Position numbers and translations under genes: made by a program. Below are positions 1 through 8,014 of a stretch of DNA of 36,437 bases, piece after piece. Every line of letters begins with the position of its first letter. The stretch's first letter is position 1. Below the pieces are notes generated by a model, which worked only from the letters and a program-made list of their open reading frames with translations, was not told the origin of the DNA and did not search any database. Origin of the DNA: Candidatus Woesearchaeota archaeon (GTDB taxonomy: Archaea; Nanobdellota; Nanobdellia; Pacearchaeales; GW2011-AR1); contig CAYWWB010000005.1 of assembly GCA_964462045.1 (NCBI GenBank), positions 1 to 36,437 on the forward strand, written 5' to 3'.

Positions 1-25
1 GACAAAAACGAGAACTCACCATGAA

Positions 26-46
26 GATCTTTTTCAAAAAAAGATT
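26..46. repeat. Hairpin element copy A (gatcttttt-caa-aaaaagatt) upstream of uL1
   Basis: 8-bp stem plus a G-T closing pair, 3-nt loop caa, followed by agacaaaa. Relative to copy B it has one extra T in the left arm and one extra A in the right arm. Confidence 0.8.
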
Positions 47-130
47 AGACAAAAAGTAAAATTAAGGGTTTTCAATTCATTTGTCTTTCCAAAAGAAATT
101 CAAATGAAACGAGAAACCGAGATATAAAAA

Positions 131-763
131 ATGGCAGAATTAGAAACACAAATAAAAAAATCATTAGAAAATTTAAGAAAGAATAGTAAAGAAAGAAAAT
201 TTAAACAATCAGTGGACTTAGTTATAAACCTACAAAAATTTAGTGTAAAAAAAAATAATATTAATACATTCATAACTCTCCCTCACAAAATCAAAGAAAA
301 AAAAATAGCAGGATTTTTTGAAGTAAAAAACAATAATGTTGAAACAATAACTCCTGAAGAATTTAACCAATATAAAGACAAGAAAAAATTAAAAAATCTT
401 GCTAAAAAATATGATTTCTTTATTGCTGAAGCAAAAGTAATGCCTAAAGTAGCTTCTACATTTGGGAGGGTTTTAGGACCTGCAGGAAAAATGCCTTCTC
501 CACAATTAGGAATAATTTCAAATGTAAATGATAAGGCTGTTCAAGAATTAGTTAGTAAATTAAATAATAGTGTTAGAATAAGAACAAAAGAAGCAAGCAT
601 AAAATTAATCATAGGAAAAGAAGATTCTAAAGATAACGAATTAGTTGAAAACATTATGGCTGTTTATAATAATATAATTCAACAACTTCCAAAACAAAAA
701 GAGAACATAAAAAACATTGAAATAAAATTCACTATGAGTAAACCTGAAAAAATAAAAGTTTAA
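131..763 (+). CDS. rpl1: 50S ribosomal protein uL1
   Basis: 210-aa ORF with an L1-like sequence (GRVLGPAGKMPSP). It sits directly upstream of the P0 and P1 stalk genes, as in the archaeal L1-L10-L12 cluster. Confidence 0.93.
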   Translation: MAELETQIKKSLENLRKNSKERKFKQSVDLVINLQKFSVKKNNINTFITLPHKIKEKKIAGFFEVKNNNVETITPEEFNQYKDKKKLKNLAKKYDFFIAEAKVMPKVASTFGRVLGPAGKMPSPQLGIISNVNDKAVQELVSKLNNSVRIRTKEASIKLIIGKEDSKDNELVENIMAVYNNIIQQLPKQKENIKNIEIKFTMSKPEKIKV

Positions 764-764
764 A

Positions 765-1658
765 ATGAGTTTAAGAACAAAAGAAATTCCAAAAAAGAAA
801 GTTAAATTAGTTGAAGATTTAAAAGAATTAATAAAAAAAAATAAAACGATTTTAGTTGTTTCTATAAAAAATATTCCTGCTGCAAAATTTCAAGAAATTG
901 CAAAAAAATTAAGAGGAAAAGCAGTAGTAAAAGTTCCAAAAAAAAGTTTAATTAATAGGGCAATAGAAGAATCAGGAAGACAAGAAATTAAAAAATTAGA
1001 AGGAAATATTGATGAGAGTTTTTCAATTTTATTTTCAAATGAAGATGCTTTTGATTTGGCTGCTGAATTATCTAAAATAAAGAGTCCTGCAAAAGCAAGA
1101 GCAGGACAAGAAGCTCCAGAGGATATTGAAATTCCAGAAGGCCCAACAGATTTGCCTCCAGGACCTGCAATAAGTGAGTTAGGGGCAGTAGGGTTACAAG
1201 TTAAAGTAGATAAAGGAAAATTAGCTATTCAAGAACCAAAAGTAGTTGTAAAAGAAGGGGAAGAAATCAAGCCTGCGGTTGCAGATGTTTTAAGTAAACT
1301 AGATATTAAACCTTTTTCAATTGGATTTATTCCTTTAGGGGCATTTGATACTGAAGAAAAGAAATACTTTGGAGAAATAAAGATTGACACTGAAGGTTAT
1401 TTAGAACAATTAAAACAAGCTCATTCAAAAGCCATTCCATTTGCATTGGAAATTGGATACACTACAAGTGAAACTATAAAAATTATGATTCAAAAAGCAG
1501 GGGCTCATGTTAATAAAATAAATAGAATTATGACTGGAGAACCTGAATCTCCGGCTCCAGCTGAAGAACCTAAAAAAGAAAAAGAAGAATCACAAGAAAC
1601 TAAACAAGAGGAATCAGAAGCTAATGCTGGAGAAGGGCTTAGTGCTTTGTTTGGATAA
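765..1658 (+). CDS. rplP0: 50S ribosomal stalk protein uL10 / P0
   Basis: 297 aa. Starts 1 nt after the uL1 stop. Has an acidic C-terminal tail ending in the stalk peptide GLSALFG, shared with the next gene. Confidence 0.93.
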   Translation: MSLRTKEIPKKKVKLVEDLKELIKKNKTILVVSIKNIPAAKFQEIAKKLRGKAVVKVPKKSLINRAIEESGRQEIKKLEGNIDESFSILFSNEDAFDLAAELSKIKSPAKARAGQEAPEDIEIPEGPTDLPPGPAISELGAVGLQVKVDKGKLAIQEPKVVVKEGEEIKPAVADVLSKLDIKPFSIGFIPLGAFDTEEKKYFGEIKIDTEGYLEQLKQAHSKAIPFALEIGYTTSETIKIMIQKAGAHVNKINRIMTGEPESPAPAEEPKKEKEESQETKQEESEANAGEGLSALFG

Positions 1659-1696
1659 TCATACTCCAAAAAATAAATCGGAGGAAATAAACTAAA

Positions 1697-2002
1697 ATGG
1701 AAAACATATACGCTGCATTGTTACTGCATAAAGCAGGACAAGAAGTTAATGAAGAAAACTTGAAAAAAGTTGTTGTAGCTGCTGGTTTGGAAGCTGACGA
1801 GGGACAGATAAAATCTCTTGTAACAAGCTTAAAAGATGTAGATATAGAAAAAGAACTAGAATCTGCAAGTATGGTTTCTGCTGCTCCTGCTGCCTCAAGT
1901 GGAAGTGCTGAAGGTGGTGAAGAAAAGAAAGCAGAAGAGAAACCAAAAGAAGAAAAGAAAGAAGAAGCTGCAGCTGATGGCTTGTCTGCTCTGTTTGGAT
2001 AA
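1697..2002 (+). CDS. rpl12: 50S ribosomal stalk protein P1 (archaeal L12)
   Basis: 101 aa. N-terminus MENIYAALLLH, an Ala/Glu/Lys-rich hinge and C-terminal GLSALFG. A GGAGG lies upstream of the ATG. Confidence 0.93.
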   Translation: MENIYAALLLHKAGQEVNEENLKKVVVAAGLEADEGQIKSLVTSLKDVDIEKELESASMVSAAPAASSGSAEGGEEKKAEEKPKEEKKEEAAADGLSALFG

Positions 2003-2114
2003 TTTTTATTTTTAATTTTTTAAACAGGCAAGCCTTTCATAATCCTAGTTAGAACTTAAATGAGAAAATATAATAAAAAATATTTCTGGAATTTCTCTTA
2101 TTTTAATAGTCTTT

Positions 2115-2134
2115 ACACCGATTAATTCCGGTGT
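2115..2134. terminator. Small hairpin (acaccg-8 nt-cggtgt) followed by a T-run, downstream of the stalk operon
   Basis: 6-bp inverted repeat at 2115-2120 / 2129-2134, followed by ttcttttttatt. T-runs also directly follow the P1 stop. It is a GC-rich island in an AT-rich spacer. Confidence 0.3.
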
Positions 2135-2211
2135 CTGAATTTCTTTTTTATTAGTTTTTTTTTCTTGTAAGAACAAAATCTTTATAACACTACATAGTTT
2201 TTTCTTAATCT

Positions 2212-4146
2212 ATGGAATGGAATTTGTATAAAAGAGGGGAATTTCTTGAACCATTAAAGTTCTCAAATGGAAAAACACAAAAAGATGTTGTAGAGGAAAT
2301 TTTAAAAGAAATTGAAAAAGGTGAAAGAGTAATTTTTATTCATGGGAAGTGTGGAACAGGTAAAAGTGCTATTGCCTTAAACTTAGCTAAGGAAATAGGA
2401 AAAACCTCCATAGTAGTTCCTGGAAAAAATTTACAACAACAATATAAGGAAGATTATGAAAATGAGAAATATATTTTAAAAGAAAATAATGAAAAACTAA
2501 AAATTTCAGTTATAACAGGAAGAAAAAACCACAAATGCAAATTTCTTGAGGACAATAAAAAATTTTTTTCAGAATCAAAACAAGAAAAAGATTCTAATTT
2601 ACTAGACATATTTTCTAAAAAAAGGAATTCTATAAATGAAGAACTTTCAGATGATTCTTCTGCAGATAATAATAAACTTCCGTGTAAAATAGAGATAAAA
2701 GAAAAGAATATGGGTAAGATAAGGGAATATTTAAAACAAAATAAGAAAGTGAATATAAAAAATTTTGAAAAAGTTTCTGATGTAAAAAGAATGTCTGTTG
2801 CCCCTGTTTGTCCTTATTGGTCTCCTGTTTTTCCTGAAGAATATGAAATAAATCTTGAGGCAGAAAAGAAAAAATATCTTGGGTTGAACAATACTATGTT
2901 TACATATTATAAAAGAAAACCTGGATGCAAATTTTATGAGCAATTCCAATATTATATAAATTCAGATGTTATAGTTTTTAATTCATTAAAATATCAATTA
3001 GAATCTTTAATAAATAGAAAACCTACCACAGAATTAGAAATAATTGATGAATGCGATGAATTTTTAGATAGTTTTTCAAATATAAAAAAATTAAATGTGG
3101 ATAGGCTTTTAAATTCTTTAAACCCTCTTTATCTTGAAGATATTAATATTGAAAAAATCAAAGAAATGCAAGACATTTTAATGCATTTGAAAAAAGATAA
3201 AAGAGTAAAAGAATCTAAAGAAAATTCTAAAATACTTAAATTGAGAGAGACAGGAATTTATGATTTGTTTAAAATTCTTCTTGAAGATGAAAAACTATTG
3301 AAAAATGTTGATGAAGAAAATTATGTTTTTGATATTGAAAATATTGCTAAAATGTTCAAGGAATTTTTTAATGAAACATTTATTATTTTTGAAGAAAAAC
3401 ATGAAAGCTTAGTTGCTAATATAGTTACAATAAATCTTTCTAAAAAATTTTCTGAATTATTAAATAAAAATAAAATTCTTGTTTTAATGTCTGGGACACT
3501 GCATTCCAGGGATGTTTTAAAAGAAGTTTTTGGAATTGAAAACTTTAAAATAATAGAAGCTGAAAACAAACACCAAGGAGAAATAAAAATAAAAAGAATA
3601 GGAATTGAAAAAAATTGTAAATATTCAAATTTTTTTAATGGAACTACAAACAGGGAAGAATACCTAAAAAATTTAGATAAATGTGTTGAATTTGGAAAAA
3701 AACCTTGCTTGGTTCAAGTCAATGGATACAATGATTTGCCCTCTAATTATGAAATAGAAAAACTAAATCTAAAAAATCTCATTGATAAAGAAAAACTAAA
3801 GGAATTGCAATTTGAAGATAAAACCGGAGAAAGGGTTAAAGAATTTAAATCAGGAAAATTTAATGTCCTTTTTACAACAAGAGATTCTCGGGGGGTTGAT
3901 TTTCCAAAAGAAGAATGTAATAGTATTGTGTTTACAAAATACCCTAATCCCGATGTAAAAAACCCTTTTTGGAAAATCCTTAATAAAACTAAACCAGAAC
4001 AATATTGGAAATTCTATAAAGATAAAGCAAAAAGAGAAGTTTATCAAAAAATTTATAGGGGATTAAGGTCTGAAAAAGATTATGTTGAAGTATTAAGTCC
4101 TGATTCAAGAGTCCTAGATTCCTTTGAAGAAATGGAAAATAATTAA
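2212..4146 (+). CDS. Superfamily-2 helicase, Rad3/XPD/DinG-like (putative)
   Basis: 644 aa. Walker A GKCGTGKS; RKNHKC context like the first Fe-S cysteine of XPD; four Cys between motifs Ia and II; DECD box (IIDECDEF); SGTL motif (LMSGTLHS); C-terminal RGVDFP helicase motif. Confidence 0.55.
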   Translation: MEWNLYKRGEFLEPLKFSNGKTQKDVVEEILKEIEKGERVIFIHGKCGTGKSAIALNLAKEIGKTSIVVPGKNLQQQYKEDYENEKYILKENNEKLKISVITGRKNHKCKFLEDNKKFFSESKQEKDSNLLDIFSKKRNSINEELSDDSSADNNKLPCKIEIKEKNMGKIREYLKQNKKVNIKNFEKVSDVKRMSVAPVCPYWSPVFPEEYEINLEAEKKKYLGLNNTMFTYYKRKPGCKFYEQFQYYINSDVIVFNSLKYQLESLINRKPTTELEIIDECDEFLDSFSNIKKLNVDRLLNSLNPLYLEDINIEKIKEMQDILMHLKKDKRVKESKENSKILKLRETGIYDLFKILLEDEKLLKNVDEENYVFDIENIAKMFKEFFNETFIIFEEKHESLVANIVTINLSKKFSELLNKNKILVLMSGTLHSRDVLKEVFGIENFKIIEAENKHQGEIKIKRIGIEKNCKYSNFFNGTTNREEYLKNLDKCVEFGKKPCLVQVNGYNDLPSNYEIEKLNLKNLIDKEKLKELQFEDKTGERVKEFKSGKFNVLFTTRDSRGVDFPKEECNSIVFTKYPNPDVKNPFWKILNKTKPEQYWKFYKDKAKREVYQKIYRGLRSEKDYVEVLSPDSRVLDSFEEMENN

Positions 4147-4946
4147 GTTTTATTAAGTCCTGAATAAAATTCTTCTGTCTGTTTTTCTATTTTTTCCATA
4201 TTTTCTTTTTTAAAAATTACCTCTTTAAGAAAGAAATATGCTATTAAAACTATAAATAAAATTGTTAGAACAACCAAAATAGAAAAAAATACAGTGTTAG
4301 TTTCTAAAAATTTTCCTCCAAGATAGGATTGAATATATATTAATGGGGCAATTCCCAATCCTGTTGCTAAAAGAAATTTTTTCAAAGAAATATTTGTTAA
4401 ACCGTAAAGATAACTAAAAATATCAGTAGAAGTTATGGGATTCACTCTTAATAAAAATAAAGAGAAAGCTCCGTGTTTATGTGAAAACCTGTCAAATTTC
4501 TTTAATCTTTTTTTACTTACATTTTTTTCAACATAAGACCTACCATATTTTTTAACAAGTTTGAAAACTATGAATGCTCCAATAAGGTTCCCTATTAAAA
4601 CTAATGTTCCTCCTAAAAAAGGCCCAAACACAAGTCCTCCTGCAACATATAAAACCAGAGGTATTAGAGGTGCTATTATTACTTCTAAAATAACAAGCAA
4701 AACAAAAATAAAACCAGCAAAAAACCCTAATGAACTTAAAAAGTTTTGGATATCTGAAGGAGATAAATTGAACAAAGTGTGAATTAACCCTTCATTGTAA
4801 AAAGAATAAAACATCCAAGAACCTATAAGGATTATAATTATAATAAATGGTAAACTCTTTTTAAATTTTTGATGATCTTTAAAAATATTTTCTTTTTTAT
4901 TATTTTTCTTAGAATTTTTTTTTGCTTTTTCTTTATTAATAGACAT
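4143..4946 (-). CDS. TVP38/TMEM64 (DedA-related) family membrane protein
   Basis: Multi-TM ORF with the family core VAGGLVFGPFLGGTLVLIGNLIGAFIVFKLVKKYGR. The track ORF extends to 5006, but that N-terminus is poly-Ile/Phe junk. The likely start is MSINKEKAKK at 4946. Confidence 0.7.
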   Translation of the reverse strand: MSINKEKAKKNSKKNNKKENIFKDHQKFKKSLPFIIIIILIGSWMFYSFYNEGLIHTLFNLSPSDIQNFLSSLGFFAGFIFVLLVILEVIIAPLIPLVLYVAGGLVFGPFLGGTLVLIGNLIGAFIVFKLVKKYGRSYVEKNVSKKRLKKFDRFSHKHGAFSLFLLRVNPITSTDIFSYLYGLTNISLKKFLLATGLGIAPLIYIQSYLGGKFLETNTVFFSILVVLTILFIVLIAYFFLKEVIFKKENMEKIEKQTEEFYSGLNKT

Positions 4947-5094
4947 ATTAAAAAAAAACATATGAATTATATAAATCTTATTAAATATAAAAATAGAAAA
5001 AATCAAACGTTCCCCGAATCAGGCCTCACTCACTTCGTTTGTTCAACTTATTTCGTATTTCTAACAAGTGAAGAAGAAATCCAAAATAAACCTT

Positions 5095-5149
5095 GTTCGA
5101 TTCTCCTTCTTTTTGTTGAATAGGATAACCGCCCCCGCCCCGAATCGAA
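5095..5149 (-). repeat. 55-bp direct repeat, copy A (orphan tRNA-Ser 3' fragment plus the same 35 bp)
   Basis: Perfect copy of 5229-5283 at a 134-bp offset. It lacks the 5' strand of the T stem and everything upstream, so it is not a functional tRNA. Confidence 0.95.
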
Positions 5150-5228
5150 TAAAAAGTTTCCGAAAAAGAGGAAGTTTTTAATTCGCCCGTATTTCCTTAC
5201 ATAGATGCGGAAATCCAGACGAAACCCA

Positions 5229-5283
5229 GTTCGATTCTCCTTCTTTTTGTTGAATAGGATAACCGCCCCCGCCCCGAATCGAA
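5229..5283 (-). repeat. 55-bp direct repeat, copy B (last 20 nt of tRNA-Ser plus 35 bp downstream)
   Basis: gttcgattctccttctttttgttgaataggataaccgcccccgccccgaatcgaa, identical to 5095-5149. Confidence 0.95.
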
Positions 5284-5344
5284 CGGGGATGCCCCGAAGG
5301 GCCTCGGTCTCAAGCCGAGTGCAATACCATTATGCGACGGAGGC
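5264..5344 (-). tRNA. tRNA-Ser (anticodon UGA), class II with long variable arm, no encoded CCA
   Basis: Hand-folded on the minus strand. Acceptor GCCUCCG/CGGGGGC (one G-U pair). Anticodon stem CUCGG/CCGAG with loop CUUGAGA. Variable arm CCC-UUCG-GGG. T arm CCCCG-UUCGAUU-CGGGG. Discriminator G. It is a GC-rich island in AT-rich DNA. Confidence 0.85.
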
Positions 5345-5388
5345 TTAATTAACTAAAATATTAGAATAAAAAGCAGTTAAAAATCTTA

Positions 5389-6864
5389 CTATTTTACAAA
5401 AATTTCTTTAGTCCTTTTATAATAATTTTCTGCTTCTTTTAATCTTTTTTTTGATTCTGAATAAATTGTTAAAACTTTTTCTCCTTTTTTTACTTTTTCT
5501 CCTTCATGAAAATATAAATACAAACCGGATTTTTTATCAACAGGACATCCTGCAATCCTAGCAAGAGTATTAATTTTTTTTGTATCTATTTCCCTTATCT
5601 TAAAAGATGAATTTGCAAGAATATCTTTTTTATTTCTTGCAGGTTTTAATTTATTAAAATCAATATCTCCATTTTGTGCTTTTATAATTTCTTTAAATTT
5701 TTCTAAAGCCTTTCCTGAATTGAGAATTTCTAAAGCTTTCTCTTTCCCTTTTCCGTTTTTCACTTTTTTTGTTAACTCTAATAATTCTCCTGAAAGTTCG
5801 ACTGCTTTTCTTCTTAATTCTCTTGGGCCTTGTTTTTTTGGATTAAGAACTTTTATTACATCAATCATTTCTAAAACAGGGCCAACCCCTTTCCCATAAG
5901 GTCCTTTATTATAAGAAATCATACATTTCATTTTAATATTGAATTTTTTTGCAAGTTTTTGAAATTTTGATTTCAATCTTTCTGCTTTTTTCTTATTTAC
6001 TTTTGCATATTTTCCATAAGGCAAATGAATCACTATATGATTGCTTCCAGAAGCTAATTTTTTTGACATTATAGAAGCTAAAAGTTGTGCTTCAGGATCT
6101 ATCCCTAATAATTTTTCTACTTGGATAATTTTACTATCTGCGGGAACCATCTCTAATCCTCCTCCCCAAACAATACATCCTCGGGTCTTTCTAACTATTT
6201 TTTCAACTTCTTTTGGGCAGAATTCTACTTCACAAAGAGTTTCCATGGCATCTGCAGTTCCTGAAGGAGTTGTTATTGCTCTTGAAGAAGTTTTAGGAAT
6301 AGTTAATCCTGCAGAAGCACATATTGAAACGACAAGAGGAGTTACTCTTCCAGGAATGCCTCCAATAGAATGTTTATCTGCTATTATTTTATCCCTTAAA
6401 TTTAATTTGTTTCCTGTTTCAAGGATTCCTTCAATTAAATATTCTGTTTCTTTCATGTTCATTCCGTGTTGATACATACCAGATACAAAGATAGCTATTT
6501 CAGGTTCTGATAAAGAATTCTTCACAATGTCTTCCATAATATCTTTTATTTCTTTTCTAGAAAGATGATGTCCTTGAAGTTTTTTCTTTATCCATTCCAA
6601 ACTTTTTGGGGAAGAAGCCAAATTTATATCTACTTTTTGATTTTTGTTTAGTTTTAATTTATGTATTATTTCTTCTGAAACTGCTATTTCATTATCCTTA
6701 AGTAATTTCCCAACAGTATCTACAACTGTAACAAGTTCTCTTGTAGAAGTTTTTATTTCAATCCTATCCTTTTTTCTTACTCCTAATTTCTTCGCAGTCC
6801 CTTCACTAATCATTGCAACAGGAGCCCCTGCATACCAATTCAAATCTCTTATTTTTAATTCCAT
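5389..6864 (-). CDS. deoA: AMP phosphorylase (thymidine-phosphorylase family, archaeal type with N-terminal extra domain)
   Basis: 491 aa. Has the N-terminal domain typical of archaeal AMPpase (MELKIRDLNWYAGAPVAMISE...) followed by a nucleoside-phosphorylase family II core (DKHSIGGIPG, TSSRAITTPSGTAD). Confidence 0.85.
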   Translation of the reverse strand: MELKIRDLNWYAGAPVAMISEGTAKKLGVRKKDRIEIKTSTRELVTVVDTVGKLLKDNEIAVSEEIIHKLKLNKNQKVDINLASSPKSLEWIKKKLQGHHLSRKEIKDIMEDIVKNSLSEPEIAIFVSGMYQHGMNMKETEYLIEGILETGNKLNLRDKIIADKHSIGGIPGRVTPLVVSICASAGLTIPKTSSRAITTPSGTADAMETLCEVEFCPKEVEKIVRKTRGCIVWGGGLEMVPADSKIIQVEKLLGIDPEAQLLASIMSKKLASGSNHIVIHLPYGKYAKVNKKKAERLKSKFQKLAKKFNIKMKCMISYNKGPYGKGVGPVLEMIDVIKVLNPKKQGPRELRRKAVELSGELLELTKKVKNGKGKEKALEILNSGKALEKFKEIIKAQNGDIDFNKLKPARNKKDILANSSFKIREIDTKKINTLARIAGCPVDKKSGLYLYFHEGEKVKKGEKVLTIYSESKKRLKEAENYYKRTKEIFVK

Positions 6865-6865
6865 T

Positions 6866-7903
6866 TTAAATTATTTTTTTTTGAATAAAAACATCTGGAG
6901 TCTTTTTGTTTTTATATAATTCTAACACAATTAAAAGATATGCTAAAATAAGAGGGCCCAAAATAACTCCCAAAATTCCAAACATCAAAAGTCCTCCAAT
7001 CATTCCAATTAAAACTATTGAAGAATTTAATTGAGTTCTTTTAGAAATAAAAATAGGTTTAAACATATTTTCTATTAATGCAGAAAGTATTCCAAAAATA
7101 AGTATTCCTATAGTAGCTATTACATCTCCTTGGATTAAAAAATAGATTGTCATAGGAACCCAAACTAAAGCTGTTCCAATAATAGGAAAAATACCTGCAA
7201 GAGCTGCAACCAGTGTTAAAAGTAATGCGTTAGGAACTCCAAAAATAAAAAAACCTATCCCTACGACTAAACCCTGAACAATACCTAAAACAACTTGTCC
7301 ATAAAGAACAGATAAAGTTATATCTTTAGAAGATTTAAAAAGTTTGTTTTTAGTGTTTTCAGGAAAAGGCAATAAGTTTTGAATATATTCCAATAACAAT
7401 CTTCCATCCCTTAAAGTAAAAAAGAAAGTAAAAAGCACAACTAAAAATTGTAAAAAAAGTGTGGGGAAATTCATAATTAAATCTGTAAAAGAATTCATTA
7501 TGGTATTGGTTGTTTTGGTAATAAAAGAATGAATTACAGAAGCCATTTCATTAGACAGGTGTTCTGAAGAAAAAAATTCAGGAAGCAAATTTTTTATAGG
7601 AGTTATATAGTCTGCTTGTTGTGAGGCTGTGTAAACTTTTATTGATTGATTAATAACTGCAGGGGTTAAATACCAAATTGGAATTATAATTAAAATCACT
7701 AAAATCAAACACATTAAAAAAGCTGCCCAATTTTTAGATTTTAGTTTTTTTCTTGTCCAAATAAATATTGGAGAAAAGATAAACGCTAACAAAATACCTG
7801 TAATTATAGACATTAAAATTGGTTTTAATAAAAAGAAAGACAAAACAATCAATGCTATTAATAAGATTGAAACCATTACTTTCCTATAAATATCTTGTTC
7901 CAT
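6866..7903 (-). CDS. AI-2E family (PerM/UPF0118) transporter
   Basis: 345-aa polytopic membrane protein with typical AI-2E architecture. Its stop lies 1 nt before the AMP phosphorylase start, so the two are probably co-transcribed. Confidence 0.7.
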   Translation of the reverse strand: MEQDIYRKVMVSILLIALIVLSFFLLKPILMSIITGILLAFIFSPIFIWTRKKLKSKNWAAFLMCLILVILIIIPIWYLTPAVINQSIKVYTASQQADYITPIKNLLPEFFSSEHLSNEMASVIHSFITKTTNTIMNSFTDLIMNFPTLFLQFLVVLFTFFFTLRDGRLLLEYIQNLLPFPENTKNKLFKSSKDITLSVLYGQVVLGIVQGLVVGIGFFIFGVPNALLLTLVAALAGIFPIIGTALVWVPMTIYFLIQGDVIATIGILIFGILSALIENMFKPIFISKRTQLNSSIVLIGMIGGLLMFGILGVILGPLILAYLLIVLELYKNKKTPDVFIQKKII

Positions 7904-8014
7904 TTTTTCCTCTTTTAAATAAAGAGTTTTTGAAATTTATAAAGGTTTGTTTGAAAATTTCTTTTTTATAAAATAAAAGTTTTAAAAAAATCTTTCCTCT
8001 TTGTTAAAATAAAG

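Noticed and set aside
2-127. Calling the open frame at the window start the C-terminus of uL11
   Set aside because: The translation (TKTRTHHEDLFQKKIRQKVKLRVF...) does not resemble the Gly-rich L11 C-terminal domain. It also reads through the hairpin element, which is clearly intergenic at its other copy. It is left unassigned and discussed only as a possible cassette relative.
4869-5123. 84-aa plus-strand ORF spanning the DedA-like gene start and the tRNA-flank repeats
   Set aside because: It overlaps the real minus-strand gene and runs through the non-coding tandem repeat. Its sequence is junk-like (FFFIIFLRIFFCFFFI).
5130-5228. Possible second or split tRNA gene using the orphan 3' fragment (TTCGATTCGGGGCGGGGGCG)
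   Set aside because: The sequence preceding the fragment (TTTTA) cannot pair with CGGGG to make a T stem. No matching 5' acceptor strand, D arm or anticodon arm, and no bulge-helix-bulge intron motif, could be found in the 80 nt upstream. Known split tRNAs break near position 37/38, not in the T loop.
7910-7926. Small hairpin ctcttt-taaat-aaagag upstream of the AI-2E gene start
   Set aside because: It is a short AT-rich stem of a kind expected frequently by chance at this composition. It overlaps the probable ribosome-binding region and there is no second copy.
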